A DNA stretch of 64,000 bases, taken from assembly GCA_040954595.2 (NCBI GenBank), contig CM082582.2:5688303-5752302 (forward strand), in the 5' to 3' direction. This DNA comes from Balanoglossus misakiensis (Eukaryota > Animalia > Hemichordata). Below are positions 10,860-26,400 of the stretch, piece after piece (position 1 is the stretch's first letter; the number at the start of each line of letters is the position of its first letter). The position numbers and the translations under genes were made by a program. The notes under the pieces are model-generated. The model was not told where the DNA came from. It worked only from the letters and a program-made list of their open reading frames with translations, and ran no database searches.

Positions 10860-13800
10860 TTTTAATGCCGTGTGACACTGACAGATAGGCACATTGATCC
10901 ATACATTCATTCTGAGTTATCAGCTCAAAGTTTGGAAAGAAATTCAGTCAAAGAATGGATTTTTCTCACTAACTTCAGTGTAAAAATATGCAATATTTTG
11001 TTGTTGTTTTTTGCTAAAATGATGAAATAAAAGTAATGGGAAAGTTTTCATCACAGGCTTGCTACATGTTTGATGTTTTATGTATTGGCGAATGCTCCTC
11101 ATAAGTGGCATTTTAATAAAGAAAATTCTGAATTCCCGTAAACCATGCTTTACATTTGGATTGGATATCACGATCTGCAAATTCAAGTGGGTTGGATGAT
11201 TTAGGCCCAGCAATTTCAGGTCCTATACGTTATTTTTAAGATACACTACTGCAAATCCAAAAGACCATGACAAAAGAATGTAATTCTTGTTGAAGTACAT
11301 GTATTGTGAAATGGTTAACGTTTCTATGAGGCGCAAGATCTTACTGGATGGGGCTCTTGAGTATACAGGGTGCCACCAACGACGGGTTTAACATTTTACC
11401 AAATTGATAAAACGACTACTATACTCTGTCTCAACTGCAATGTCGTGTTGGGCTTTACATGAGTACATGCCCGGATCAACATTGTTTCTAGTATTAACTT
11501 AATGGCCATTGAAATAGATTGAAATTTGATGACTGAAGTTGATACACAAAAAGCTCCTGACAACTGAGGTGTGAATTGTTTTATAACTTTTAATACCGTA
11601 ACATCCAATAACATGATGTACAGAACTTGTAAGCAGAGCATAATATGAAAAAAATACCCAATTGGACATAACTGAAAAAAAATCAAGTAGCTATAAACTG
11701 AATATACAAGTAATCTATAGTTGAAAGTGAACAAATTTTCATGGAAAATGTTAAGGATCATGCAGTAGGGAGTTGAGAGCTGTATACCACTCAGATAAAA
11801 ATAAATCCCCTAAATACATGAAAGTATTGAATTGCTGTTTGCATGCTCATGGAGCAAATGACAGAAATCCATCTGTTTCAATACAAGAGCGTGTCTTCTT
11901 GTCAAACAGTTTTGAAATAACATTTCACTGTACATCTTCCATATTTCAGATCATCAGTCATATCACTCCAGATCTGACCAAAATTTCACTGAGAGGTACT
12001 TAATAATACAATATCAATACACATACAGTGCTTGTATCAGCTGCATTGAGTTGGCATTTTGCCTCCACCATAGAATACAGACATCCTATCCAAATTCACA
12101 TCACCCTTGTGTGAAACAGTTTGGATAAAACTCATATTTTTATATTGCAAAGGAATAATGCCCAACACTAAGCTTTTTCTTTAGTACAATATATGCAATG
12201 CACTTGGCTACCAGATGTGTAGTGCGCCCTCTATGGCACACCATTGATCTATGAGTTCTCATATCAGTGGGGCTGACAACAGAAATGTCAATATTCATTT
12301 CAATCTCCTGGTACAGTACATAACAGAAGTAGCCTTCTTGGAAAACTAAATAAATGTGATAGGCTCATAGCTGGAAATTAAAGACAAAATTCTTCATAAA
12401 AAAAATTAAACACTTTAATGATCTACGTACCAAATGCTTGTCAAAACCAAATGTAACCAAATATAGCATTATAATTAAATTTGCAAGTGAATTTCTTTTG
12501 TATTCTCTGAAATAAACTCAATATTTAATAAAGAGCCCAGCAAGATTCTGTTAGGCAAGAAAGAACCCCTGTACAATAAAAAAAGAAAATAGTTTCCTTG
12601 GTTTTGTGAATATGTATGCATCATAGCTACTTGAAACGAAGAATACAGAGGCCACAAGACATCTTAAATATTTCATATTGATATATTTCAGATTTATATA
12701 CATCAACTAATATAAACCTAACATTGTCATGACAAAAGACAAACACATTGCAATCCTGGCATGTCATATGAAATTGGTTGGACCAAATTCACTACAAAGT
12801 AAGGCAAGAAGTGACAAATCTCGACAAATACCATTCACAGACAAAAATTGGCAAGATTACAAGAACAAAGTTCGCACAATTACATGTGGGATAGCAGAGT
12901 CGATTTGTGAAAGTCCGTTTGTTCGTTATAACAACACAAACAGATACTGTACTGGTTGTTGATTTAAGACAATGGTTATCGTATATGCTAACTTAAATGT
13001 AACGACTGAAAAATTACCTAAACTCGTAAAATTCATTGGCAAAAGTCACATGACTGAGTCCACTTGTTGGCAAGTGACATGGAAGAAGTGATTTGTTATA
13101 TCAGTCCCTGCTGCCATGGCAACAGTTGGGTGTTTTTGCTAATGTGAGCTGTTCAACAATTTTGTAAAACATGCATTTTAATTACATCACAATTTCTTTT
13201 AACAAAGCAGTACTTTGTGTCTCTGTTTTTGTTTTGTTTGTTTTGCTTTGTCTTGTAAATTAAAATAACACAGTGAGTCATGTTGGGAAGTTGTCACAAT
13301 AAGCAATCGCCCATTCGATCTGTCTATCAACCCATACAGGGTTTTCAACCAACTCATCAAATCTGTACCCCAAACAGGCTTGATGCTGTCGGTACAATAT
13401 GCTTTCAACTGTTCTCCAAAAGATGGACAAATAAAGTAAAAAGAAAGCCATTAGAAATAATTATAAAGGTTTGTAAATGTGATATGAATGTCAATTTTAG
13501 AGCTAAATAAAAAAAATCTACGACAGCAGACATGAAGGCAGTGTTATATACAAATTATCTTTGGTTAGTACACAAACATTTGTTTGGTTAAAGCTATATA
13601 GCATTCATTTTTTACAGTTAAGTAATAAATTAGTGAAACATATCTAAAAGTATTGAACTGTAATAAATATTTGGTCCTAGATAATTAAATAGTCAGTAAT
13701 ATTAATATTCTTGTTAAGTAATTCTATTGGATAATTTACAGGTACAAATTATACAGAGAAATTTAGATGAAATCACTTCACCACAAAGAACAGTATGAAG

Positions 13801-14426
13801 ACAAGTTCCACCATCTGTTAGACTTGCCCCAAGTCTACGGGCTTTTTAAATACATTTCATGAAATTTTGTTCTGAGTCTCTCTATAGCATGTGCGGAGTG
13901 ATGACTATATATAATTTTGCAATATAACTTCTTTGGCAATTTCATATGTTCACAATGAAAATTTACTGTACTTACTATGTGTGCGTTTCTAATCTATGTT
14001 TTTGTTGTGTTTTCAAGTTAATCTACGCCAACGGTTTTAAAGCATTTTCAAGTTTATGAATTTCCTTGCTGATTCTAAATGAAAGTGTACTTTGAGTGGT
14101 GATCTAATGTTACATTGAACAGACAATGTCAAAGCCAACACTGATGGTTTACTGAAAGTCATTTGCACTAAAAGACAAGGGATCTATTACTACTACTCTC
14201 TCACTCATCAAACCAACCGTAACTACCATCACCAGTAACATCAGTAGCTAACACATAGAGAAATCTGTAAATATTTACTAGCCACAAAATGCAAAACTGG
14301 CTGTCCTTGACAAAGTGAATCCTCCTACACCGAAAAATACGGATAAACATTTTTCTTTGCTCATAATATGATGAATGTCATCCCACATGTGTCCATGAAC
14401 TGAAATATCTTTTTTGATGAGTTCAA

Positions 14427-17400
14427 TCACTCTGACTTGGCTTTAGTCTTTGGTGGCTTGGAGAACTTCGTCTTCAAACCTGCCAGGAATTTACTTCTGG
14501 GAGACGGCGGTGGTGATTTGCTTCTCATCTTGTCCAACTGTTGAATGTTATCCTTCAATAGCTGCCACTGATCTGGGGGGAAAAGACACACAACACAAAT
14601 ACAGATGACAAAATAAATTAAAATATCAAATGAAGCTGGGATGAGTATTTTTAGAGATAAAGAAGAAAACAGAAAGGTCGCCATCTTGTTTTCATAAAGA
14701 TCAACAGTACTCTTTCTCCATGGAGTTACGTGTAACTGAGATTGGCAGCAGAGACAACTTTGCTCTCTCATTCAAAATTTTGTATGGTGACTCCCGATTT
14801 TTAATTCTCAATTTTTCGAGAGAATAATCTACATTTGCCTTTCAGCAAAATATGAGAAAAGGTTTTAGACTGATTTTCAAGGCACGTACTACCTATTTCA
14901 TTTTAATGCTTCTGGCAGCCATTTTGATTTGGATTTGTGACATATACCTTTGCTTAAGTTACCAATGGTACTCTGTTTGTCCAGGAATGCAATGCACAGA
15001 TCTCGGCTAAGTCCAAACGCCATCATGTTATTGGTGAATGTCCCCAGCTGTCCAAAGGTGATGTTCTCATCTTGCTGTTGGGTGTCTTCCCTCTCTGTTG
15101 ACGACATGTGTCTCCAGTTCTCCCTGGTCAAGTCAAAAATTCAGATTCATGAGATGACAAGTTTGTAGCGGTCTACACCGAACCCTGTCTAATCTGGAAA
15201 CCTGTCTATACCAAACACTTTTTCTTGTCCCTGATATAGAACCACAATGTTAAAAGAACCTCTATAGACCACTTGTCCCGAAACGCCATAATCTGACATG
15301 AATGACTGGGCCAATTAACACAGCTTCAGAATAAACTGGTTAGACTATTTAATACTTCACGTAACAGGAATTGAATAGCTATACTGGTCAATCAATCAAT
15401 CAGCTATGCATTTTATTTTATTTTTCATCTTCATTTTCAGACAGATTGTTATAATCAGCAATGCATTTGACCTGAAACGCCAATATCTGACATAAACGAC
15501 TGGGCACTTGCCAACACAGCAGAAACCTCTTAAACTGCAGGAGCTTGAAGAGAGGTCTCGCTTGTTTATGAACACACCCCTAGCTAACACACCCCATGAA
15601 ACTCTAAACATCAATCCAACTGCTCTCTATTTGAAATCTCCTTTCACAGTGGCGGATATGTCTGAATGAAGTGTTTGTCATAAGGGTATGAGAACATACT
15701 GTAAAACCTTGCATGTGGTAGAAAAAAGTATATCCAACTGTAAAACGTACAATGGCACATCCCATGAAACCTTTAACAAAATGTGTATACTGACCTATGA
15801 ACTGGTGACCTTTGCTCCCTCTCACAGTGCACAGCGTCGAAGAAAGCAGCATTCCAAAACCGTATGGACTGCCTGCATCAGAGAGAGCGAGAGAGGCATC
15901 ACACTATTTATTATCAACTCATAAATTCCATCAGTCAGAAACTCACTTCATACTGTGTTCATACAAGAAACCCCCCACGTTGCTGTTTTTATATACATGT
16001 AGAGGAAATTGAATAATTAAAAGTTGATATAAATATCACACCTATATATTAGTCACCGATTTCAAGTAGAGTTAAAGATAGGCTACACAGGAAATCAGTG
16101 CGTCAGACACTGTTTAGACTACTAAATTTGAATTAAATTTTATGACTTGGGTCTTTTAGAACTAAAATCATCAACTTCAAGGATTCCGTAACATTCACGA
16201 ATGGGATAACGAATCTTTATGACGCAATTGTGATGAGAAACACAAACAAGATTTCATCTCAACTCAGTTGATTTATCTAACATGGAGTAGACTGTGGAGT
16301 AGACTGAACGGAGACAAAAGCCCACTCTGCATGTATTTCATGTGGATAAAAATTAACAGCTTCACAAAGCAGAAAATTGAAGCCAGATCTTCTGGTAAAT
16401 GAAGTCCTAGACACAGCGATTTTCCAAATAAAATAGATTTCTTAGGAATAACATTCTACTGGTATGCTTATGCCAGGGTAAGATATAACATGACTTTGAA
16501 CTGATGTGATCTTGCCTTATTGCTGTGTCTAGAGACATTTCGTTTGAATCAAACTGAGAACATCTATTCTGTGTGATATACTCACCATATTGGCTGGTCT
16601 TTCAGAAAACTGTACAGGTAACCTCTCGTTGTTTTGGATTCGTTCCTTGGAAACCCTGCAGGTGGAAAAAGGTTGAACATAGCTTCAGATACTCCAGCTA
16701 AAATAGTTTTTACATTGCTTTCGTTGTCTCTGAAAACCTTACACCCAAATGTTGCCCCATAAGTCACATTGGGTGATGTGTCGTATTCTATCACCATTCC
16801 TATTACTACTATTTGTACAACACCATGATAAACCTTTGAGCTTGACCTGTGCTGTACGTGTCACACGCTTCAGTCCCTTAAAAAACAACCCATCAAACCT
16901 TTAAGCCAAGATTGCTGAATTGTGTAGGATCTGAATTGTTAGTCAAGAGTTTGGCAAACAAAATTTCAGTGGACATGGGTAACAAGGCTTTTCTGCTAAA
17001 TTTAATTGTATCTCTATAATGCTATACATTGTGAATTTCATCTGTTAATACTGAAATACACAAATGAAAGAAAGAAATTCCACATTATGAAGCACCAAGG
17101 TCTGATATCATTGAAGGTCAAATAAATTACACCCAGGGATTACGAAATGTTTGATTTTGTGACACTTCGCCTTTTATTTAGAATTGAAGAGCTTCTGTGG
17201 GGAAAATACGGGAAATTGCATGACCCTTGACCCCTACTTGCCGACCACTCTCACAACCTTGAGCTGGTCAGTTACACTCGTTTGTGCATATCAAATTAAA
17301 GTCAAGTGTTTATCGTTTTCTGACCTGCAGAGCAGGGTAGACATGACTACTGTTGATATCGCTGTTTTATAAGTCATTCTCTTTTTTCAAAAAATTGAAT

Positions 17401-20400
17401 TCTTAAATGGGTTTTACAAATGGTGATTTCTCCAGTGGAAATATTTGATTGAATCACGACAAGTTACAACATTTTGTTACATCAAGAACATCAGAATGTG
17501 AACTTGCGATTATAGTTGAACATTCAACGCTGACCCTTTGATAACAATTCATTATCATTTCACATGCACTGTGGTGGCTTGTAGCCTTGTGTTGAAAGGA
17601 CGATGCTTGTGCCATTTGGTGCAATATATTTTGGGAATTTATACTTTTTTCAAGCTACATACACGTACATGCAAATTAATAATAAAGCAAAGATAACATG
17701 CAGTGCTTAATATTTTTATTACCATACGATGATTATCATGATGGCAAGGCAATTCTAGTTACATGAATGCAGAGTTATTCAAAGTCCCAATACTACTAAA
17801 ATTCATCATTTGAGTGATTGCAATTCATGAAAAATAAATAACCTCTCTCACTGTACCATGAAAATAACATCAAAACCTATTATAAAGTACATTGTGTATA
17901 CTTGCGAAAATGGTATTTTTGTTGTATACCTCCATCAAACATATCTTTTTCTGAAACTGGCCACACAAACTATTTAGTTATAGATGTATTGGGACTTTCA
18001 ATTCTTTGAAACTTTATTCTCATGCATTAACTCAAACCAGTCTATTTATAAAAGCCGTATAGCTTGAAGTTGAATAGACCGTTATATAGATAGAGAAAAC
18101 ATTTAAGAAATCAGTAAAAATATTCTATATAGTTAGAAGCTAAATAGGCATGCAAAGCAGCAAATAAAATGGCTTAGTACCTGACAGAGACATAACTACG
18201 CCAGGCGCTGGTTTGAAACGGTTAGCTGTGGAGAGGAAAAGCAAGCAGGCTTCAAACATAATCCATGACGAGTGATGACCTTTAACCCTTACACAGAGAG
18301 ATTTCAGCATTTTATCGAAAAAATATGAAATTTGCACAATTTCTGTGAAATATATTTTATGAATTTTCGAACCGTATTCAAATAAACATTTTTAGAGTTG
18401 CTTGGTCAATAGACTAAAGCATTTTGAGAAAATCGTTAAAACAGCGACTTTTGAGCTAAAATGTAGTATACCACAAACTACCAACTGTGTAAGGACTAAA
18501 TATTGTTAGAGGATGTTTCATGTACTTGGAACAGCCATAGAAGTTCATTACATTTCAGCAAAGAGACAATTGCACATTGTTGAGTTCTTCAGTTTTAAAT
18601 GTCAAAATCATTAATGACTAATTTATAGATTTACTTTTGACATTATGCTTTACTGTGGAATGAGGTCGAGGTGTTATCGTTAAAGTCATTTCGAGTGGAA
18701 AAGAAGGTTGTTAAATGGTCATTTTGAATGAATAATTTGCATGTTAATATGATGCATAATAGATGAAGATGGGCGGATCTTTCATCGTTGTAAAGAAGTC
18801 ATATTTTATTGCTTTCAAAATTCATACTTGTATCTTCCATTTCAATGATTTCAAATGCACCAACAGTCCCACTTTTCAAAATAATAATAACAAGGTCATT
18901 TCTGGGACAGAACATTACCTTCATGTTCATGGTAAAATGTAAAACACATGTTCATCAAGGATTTGGCAGGGACGAAATCGTCAGCTTGATCACATCTGAA
19001 ATTGAACAGACATGCCAAAAGTTTAGAAAAATAACAATATTTTGTGATACAATGAGCCAGGCATGATACCTAGAAATACATACTCTGGTTTACAGTACTC
19101 TATTATGCATAGCTATGGCAAATAATGAGCATAAACATGTTAAACGACTAATTTGACACCACATTCCACATTGTAATGTAGAATTCATTTTACAAGAGCT
19201 GCTTCTGTAGTTAATTTCCACGGTTCTTTCCTTATGATATAGTCCAAAATATGAAATCAATAAAATATTAAAATATGGATATTTAATTTAAGTATTTCTG
19301 TATATATCATTTATCTTACAGGATAAAATATTATTTTTGAATAATATTTTTAATAAGGACAGCAATATTCTAAATGTTTTAAAGTGTAAAAAAAAAATCA
19401 TATTGCCATCATAACCTCCCCTGGGGCACCAAAGTATGATTTACAACAAATGAGTTATGATAGACCCGTGAATAGGACTTGATGAATGGTGTGTATTGAA
19501 GAAAAGAATTTTAGATCTATGACTATAATTCATGTGATGATCTGCGGCATGTGACTCTTTTATCATGGTAATAATGGAATGATATTGTGATGTTATTAGA
19601 AGCACATGACCTATCATGGGTAACACATGTTTGAATGTGACAGTCATACATCACATGGAATGTTGTATAACCAATAAAATGATAAAAAGGTGATTTATAT
19701 GGTTTACCTATTACAGTAAATGAAAAACAAATTGCATTTCTATGTTTAAAGTATTCTGAAGTAAATAAGAACTTCTGTATTTCCTACATTCCATCGTCAC
19801 AGGAAAGCTATCGTGAACTATAAAGTGTGCAAAACCAGATGCAGACCCATAATGAACATCCCTAAGACTTCTTTAATTAAAAATCATGCATCTCTGCAAA
19901 TTGGCGTTTTTATTTCTGTCCTATTGTCATTCGGTTTTAATAGACAGGTGTTGCTGAACCAGATCAGCAGCCATTTTGTTCATGTTTGAATCTTGCGCCT
20001 CACACAGAATTTTTCAATCACACTTCTGCACATCTGCAAATCAAACCCTCACATTTCATGATGTCAACACACTGACGACACCAGCTGTTTCATCGCGAGC
20101 CCAGGCCAGAATTTCCCCACCCTGTGATGAAATTTGTAAGCTAATTTGACAATGAGTATGTTTGGCTGGCAGTAGTATACATCAGCTATAATTCGGTGAA
20201 TAACTGAGACAATTTAGAAGGTATTTTGAGGTCAACAGGAGCTGTAGTTTATCGGCATTTGGCTACAGACAGCTGTTGAGTGTCCCAAGTAGGAAAACAA
20301 TCAAACAATGCACTTACTGTGTCTAGATATAGTCATTGGTTTAGCCACAGATAAGAGTCGGTTATCATCTTAAATTCCAAACAACTGACTAGTAGAGAAG

Positions 20401-23400
20401 TGAACTGTTTATGGTTACATTCTGATATTTAGCTAACATTGGCAGATCAATGTCAGATTACTGGTATGTTTATTTCATTGACATATTGAAGCAAATACTG
20501 AAATAGAGAGCTCTACTTTAAAATTTCACATGTCAATATTTAAACATTCAAAGGGAGTGGTGAATATGTTATATGCGTTATATACCAGTTGGAGATGAAG
20601 TGGACAAAGATATTTCTAATTTCAGAAATTGAAAGCTATTCCACAAATGATGCAGTCATTATTCAGGAAAGCGTCCAAGAGAAGGTAATTAAATTTGTAA
20701 TGTGGTGTTTTCTGTGTAATGTCCTGTTTATTGGGAATGGATAGATCTTTACGACATCTGGCTGCAAAGTTCAGTGACTCAAAAAATATCCTGATAAGAG
20801 AAAAAATCTACCACTTAAAATGGTTTAAGTTACAAAATTTTGTCAATATTGAAAACTCCCCAGAGGCCATTATTTACCCTGTTCACCCACTGTATTTACT
20901 TTTCACTTTATTTTTTCTTTTAATCTGTCAGAATTTCTTTTTACGGCAGCCCTGGATGTGCTAATCCAAATTAATCCCCTGCATGTGATGATGAATGTAT
21001 CATAATGTGCAGCTATCATAGCCATTGGAATATTTTCGATGTATATTGCAGTGCATGGCAGAACTCCGGGTTTTATTAAGTTCTACTGACTGATGCATGA
21101 CAGTACACAAGTGATGCATGACAGTCGGTTATTATTCCATTACATAAATTTACATGTAAACTGGATTTGAAATTGATGGAAGCCATTATGAGAACTAAGG
21201 TGGTTAAACTAGAATTCCAAATTGAGCTCAAATTTAACATTTCCCATAAATTCTCTCATCTTTATCTGCAACTGTACACACTCAGGATGTTTGTTTCTAA
21301 AAACCTTGACATCAACCTTGCTGTGCATGCTAAAATAAACATGCCACATGTATCTGCAAGCCATTAACAACACACTACCTACAGAGGTGTCACATGAGAA
21401 TCGAAACAGATGGATAGACTCTTAACATTGATTGTGTTATCGCTGATGTTGTGAATATTTTTCAAAATACTGTAAAACGGGTTACTTTCGCAACAGGAAA
21501 TTTTCACAATATCGAAGGAGGCAATTGTTATGTGAGGATTAATGTTCGTGTTCTCTTATTTTTACTGGATCTCCGAAAAACATTTACGCAGCTTTTTATT
21601 TTCACGTTTTTTTGGCTCTCGCGTATTTCGTAAAAATTTATTCCTCGCGAAAATAACCCGTTTTACAGTATTTGCCATGAAACTTACTCAAATAGGCACA
21701 CAGCGAAAAACTGGACCAATCTGTAGAATGTCTGTTCAGTGACCCTTTGAGAGTTGACCCTCTGGGCATTGACAAATCTGGCGAACCACAGTCGGCCTGC
21801 ACTGTACTGTTGAGAGAAAAATACAAAGCAAAGCATGAGGTGAGGGATGAGGTGAGCACAGAAGTGTGTGTACGATTCCAATAATTGGGTTCAGGCCAGG
21901 GGTTTGCGGAATTTATTAGGTTGTTGTGTTGCAACAGGTGGTATGCATTACATGTACATGTATATACAATCTGTGTGTTCAATGCAAACCCTGCCTGTGA
22001 TGCAGATCATTTCACAATAGTTTTTTTTTTATTTCCAAGGTTGGAAATCAATTATCAAATATCAAACTAATACAGGGTTTATTATTATTATCCATAATCA
22101 AGGTTAATAATTTCACGGTTGCTAATCACAATAGTTTTAAAATTTCCAAGGCTGGAAATTGTTTGAAGGCTTGAAATCAATTACTGTATGGTTCAGATCA
22201 AATATCAAACTAAAAACCACAGGGTTTATTATTATCAATAATCAAGGTTAATTTCACAGTTGGGAAATGGTACAGAGAGACCTACTGAACTTGTTTTGAA
22301 CTTCTCTCCTGGTGGCATGCACTGGCTGCAGTCACTGGACAATTAAAATCAAACGGGTATACAATAACAACAAAATACATGTACAAACATCACACCACAC
22401 CACAAGCAACACACAACATAAATGTCTATACACACACTTGACAATCATCGCCTCACACACTGCTAGATTTTCCTTACCTGGCACAATTGTCCAAATTTCG
22501 CCTTTTCTGTTTGAGTGATTGCACCACTGTCAAGACAAAAAAAACACGACAAGATAATCAATATATCATTTTTGAATATCTCCACAGATCTCTGAAAAAT
22601 AAGACCACACAACATGGGCAGTTATGATATATTGTACATCATGCATTTCACAAGAGATAGAATCATTGTAGACAGTCAGTGTTTATTATTCTATACACAC
22701 ATTACAAGTATCGTACATATAAGAACCATTTATAACACCTAACCAGCCCCACAGGGAATCAGTCTTATATCTTTTTATATTATTTTCACCGCATCCATCA
22801 TACTATTTCAGTGATAAAATACAAATAACTTTTCAATTCATCTCTGTTTCATGTCACAGAGAAAGTTTCTCACACCTGTTACAATCCCATGGGGAAGACT
22901 TCTGCGTACAAGAAAGGTCATGCAAATGTCAAAGGCAGATGTAAAGGTGATGTTAATATATGTATTTTTTTCTTTCACAGGAAATCATTCATTATTACTC
23001 TGTGTCTCTCACTGGCTCTAAATTACACCTTTTCAGTATTAGGACGCTTTAGTGATCAGATGTGTGGCAAGGAACTGTGATACATGTAGTATAGTACTGA
23101 AGACGTATTTTTGTGACAATCCACTGTGTTGGACTATGAAACTCTATCAAGCTACATGTATAAAGAAAAAGCAAAGGACTATAATATTAATGGCAACGAT
23201 TCTGGTTGTGTGTGGTTGACAACCTGTCAGATATTTTTAAATTAGTCCACTCCATTAAGTTCAACAATTGAAATATGACAAGCTATGAGTCCAGTATAAG
23301 AAGTACGCTAATTTGCATGACTTATTCTCTGTAAATGTCAAAGGTACTATGGAAAAAAAAAATGGACAGAAATGTACATCATATAAAGGTGATATTTTGC

Positions 23401-26400
23401 ATGTACCTATAAACCACAGTACATTTATATATTTGTGTTTTTTTTTTTTAAATAAATACCATCCAATGCAGCTCTACAATATAAAGCAGTATCAATCTTT
23501 TTGTAAGGATTTCAAGAAGGTCATTACACATTTTCTTGCGGAGCAAATAGCTATTTTTGGTAAATTTCCACAGGTCAATACTAGCTTTGAATTACAATCA
23601 TGTATTTGAATTAAGTCATGATGTCACGAACTGACTGGCGCTAACATAATGTTCATTTCACCCGAGGACTTCACACAGTCAAGAAGTAATTACCAAGAAA
23701 AACTGAATCTCTGTCCTCGGAGACCCGGTGACATTTAAAAATAATCCTGTCTGAAGCTGGTTTGTCCAGACTGCATGCCACTTTTATTGACATTTAATTC
23801 AAACATCACACAACACTAACGGGAAACGGGGAAATGCAATCTCCATACATTCAAAACTACACGGGGAATGTCTCCCTGCAACATATATTATCATGAGCAG
23901 AAATCATTTCTTTCGCTCATATGTTGTCATTTTTAACTGCTTATATGCATTCAAACAAATATTGTTTGCTATTTACTTTATAATAATATTATTTTTCCAG
24001 ATAGATCATTTTTTTCCAGGGAGGTAAGTTCTTCCTACAATTTTGTTAAAATTAGCTTTGCTATATAACAGCTCATCATCACTCTCTCACTCATCCATTC
24101 ATTCATTCATTCATTCATTCATTCATTCATTCATTCATTCATTCATTCATCCTTTCGATCATTCATTAATTCATTCATTCAATCAATCATTCATTCATTC
24201 AATCACTCATTCATTCATTCATTCATCCATCCATCCATCCATCCATCCATCCATCCATCCATCCATAGTTGTACAATACATGTACAGTAAAACATACATG
24301 TACATGCATTGTACAGCTATATGTTTGTACCTGTATTACAGTTGAGAATTTCTACACTGTCAGTTACAGAACAGGCAATCACGTACATTTACAAATGTTT
24401 CTTATCAGACAGCCACAGTCACAATTTTGAAATCAACATTTTTAAAAGATGTACGTCACTTTCTATCATGATGCCATTTGATTAACCCATTTTCAGGGTA
24501 AATTGAGGCCAACTTTTAACTAGCAGGAAGAGAGATTATGCACACTATGGGTTACTGTCTATGCTCTGTAGTATGGAAACAAAATCACTTCCTGTATTTT
24601 TGTTATTAGGCTAAAATGATATTGGGGATTTACGAGAACTTCCCCACAGCATACACGTACCAATGTGCTTTTTTTTTTCTACGAAAGTGTACACACATAT
24701 TTCTTATGAATCCATATACTGGTGGCTGTTTCAAGACCTTTAGGCTTTACCAAATACAACACTGTCTGCGGTTGGTTGAACAGACAGCCTGCCTGAAGGA
24801 ACAGCAATGACAAAAGACCGTACCAATCAAAAAAGCAGATATGCTATTCCTTGGTGATGGCAATGTTTAAAGTGCAATCAGATGGCTTTGTAAAAGACCG
24901 TGGCTGGCTTTATTTGGAACTGATTTATGAACTGTGACATCATCGGATCTACAGCTTAATCTTTTTTAAAAGCGACAGGCACGATATGAAAAGGTCAGAG
25001 GGATGCTGTCTGCATATTAACATTCCTTCTGCAAACTCTCAGATCAGAATGGAAGTCTAAGAGAAATTCATGATATTATAGATAACAATTTCTACAAACA
25101 TTAGAAAAAGTACAAAGCTCACGCAATTTTTTCTTTATCGGCACCGTACCAATATTTAAACATGTAATATCATGTTTAAAAATAGTTACTAAATTTTTTT
25201 ACAGTAGCTTGGAATGTTATTTACCATGTATAAACTGATAAAAATTGCACACTTACTGGGAAGTCAAGTAAGTGGGGCCACAGTGCATACACAAAGACAC
25301 AAATTGTGCTATTTCCAAATTCAAAGTAAGGAGAAATTGGTTAGCTGTCACTTGGTCCGAACATGAATAATTCATCAGTTATTAATTTCCTTTGTACAAT
25401 CATGCTACATGATATCCCTTCAATTTAAGAATTCCTTTCAATGTTTTTTTTTAAATTCAAATATTTGAATAACACTTATCCAGTAATTATTTATTACGTT
25501 TGAATGCAAATTGCTGCTACAGACTCAAATTTCACAGAAGTAATCAGGACAATCAATCAGACTTGAATTTTACACGTTGAAGGCAAAATCACATTCTGGC
25601 AATATCCGATTTTATTTCAAAGGAAGATAGAGCAGCCATGCGGGTGTCATACTGTATTACTTGATGGGTGGCTGAACACTGTAGCTCTTACACTGACACT
25701 ATACTTACACGTAATGACAATTGACAATAATATAACTTATTTTACAAAAAACATGCCTCAGTTACTCAATGCTTGATGATGATCAGCTTCAATGAGTTAT
25801 TCTGTAAAATGAGTGGACATTATGTCTAAAAAATAAAAATTGGAAAATTTGTTCATTTTATGTGAACAGCGCACAGTTAGAATTTTGCTGTAAATAACAG
25901 GAAGTAGACACTAACACCATCTAGAAAGACTTGCTTCAATTCTTTGACGAACTACATCCTCTATTTCCTGGATGGATTGATTTCAATTTTCTTTCCTTTA
26001 GCATTCTCACTAACTAGCATGGCCATTTCAAGGAAATCATACCCCAACAGACATTTCAGACAAATATCAAGACCTCTTGGGCAATCTCTAGTTATATAAC
26101 ATATGGATGTACAGAATATACAGATTTGAAATCAATATCGTGCATACTACAAGAATATGCTTACATGTCTCACTGTGAATTATCAATATGACAAAATAAA
26201 ATTTAAAGAACAATTTTGTTTTTGACCGACCAAAGGGAATGACAATATCAGTTGGCCTTTTTCTTCATAATATTATAGCTGACAAAAGCTTTCTAGTGTT
26301 TTGAGACTTTGAGGAAATTTGAGTCTGACTCTACACTGGAAAGCTTTTCTTATTCCATGGAAAATCTACTTGGATCTAAGTCATAATACATTTGTCTGAA

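Noticed and set aside
8500-11400. Autonomous piggyBac element around the ORF
   Set aside because: I found no matching TTAA-CCC...GGG-TTAA inverted termini by eye, and two catalytic Asp residues are substituted.
20980-21100. Possible C/D-box snoRNA (GTGATGA...CTGA with a short TGCAT/ATGCA stem); similar pattern near 20122-20208
   Set aside because: Lies on the strand opposite the host gene KIAA0513, and I could not identify an rRNA-complementary guide. Such short boxes occur by chance.
24043-24345. 100-aa ORF with SFIH repeats
   Set aside because: Translation of the (TTCA)n/(TCCA)n microsatellite.
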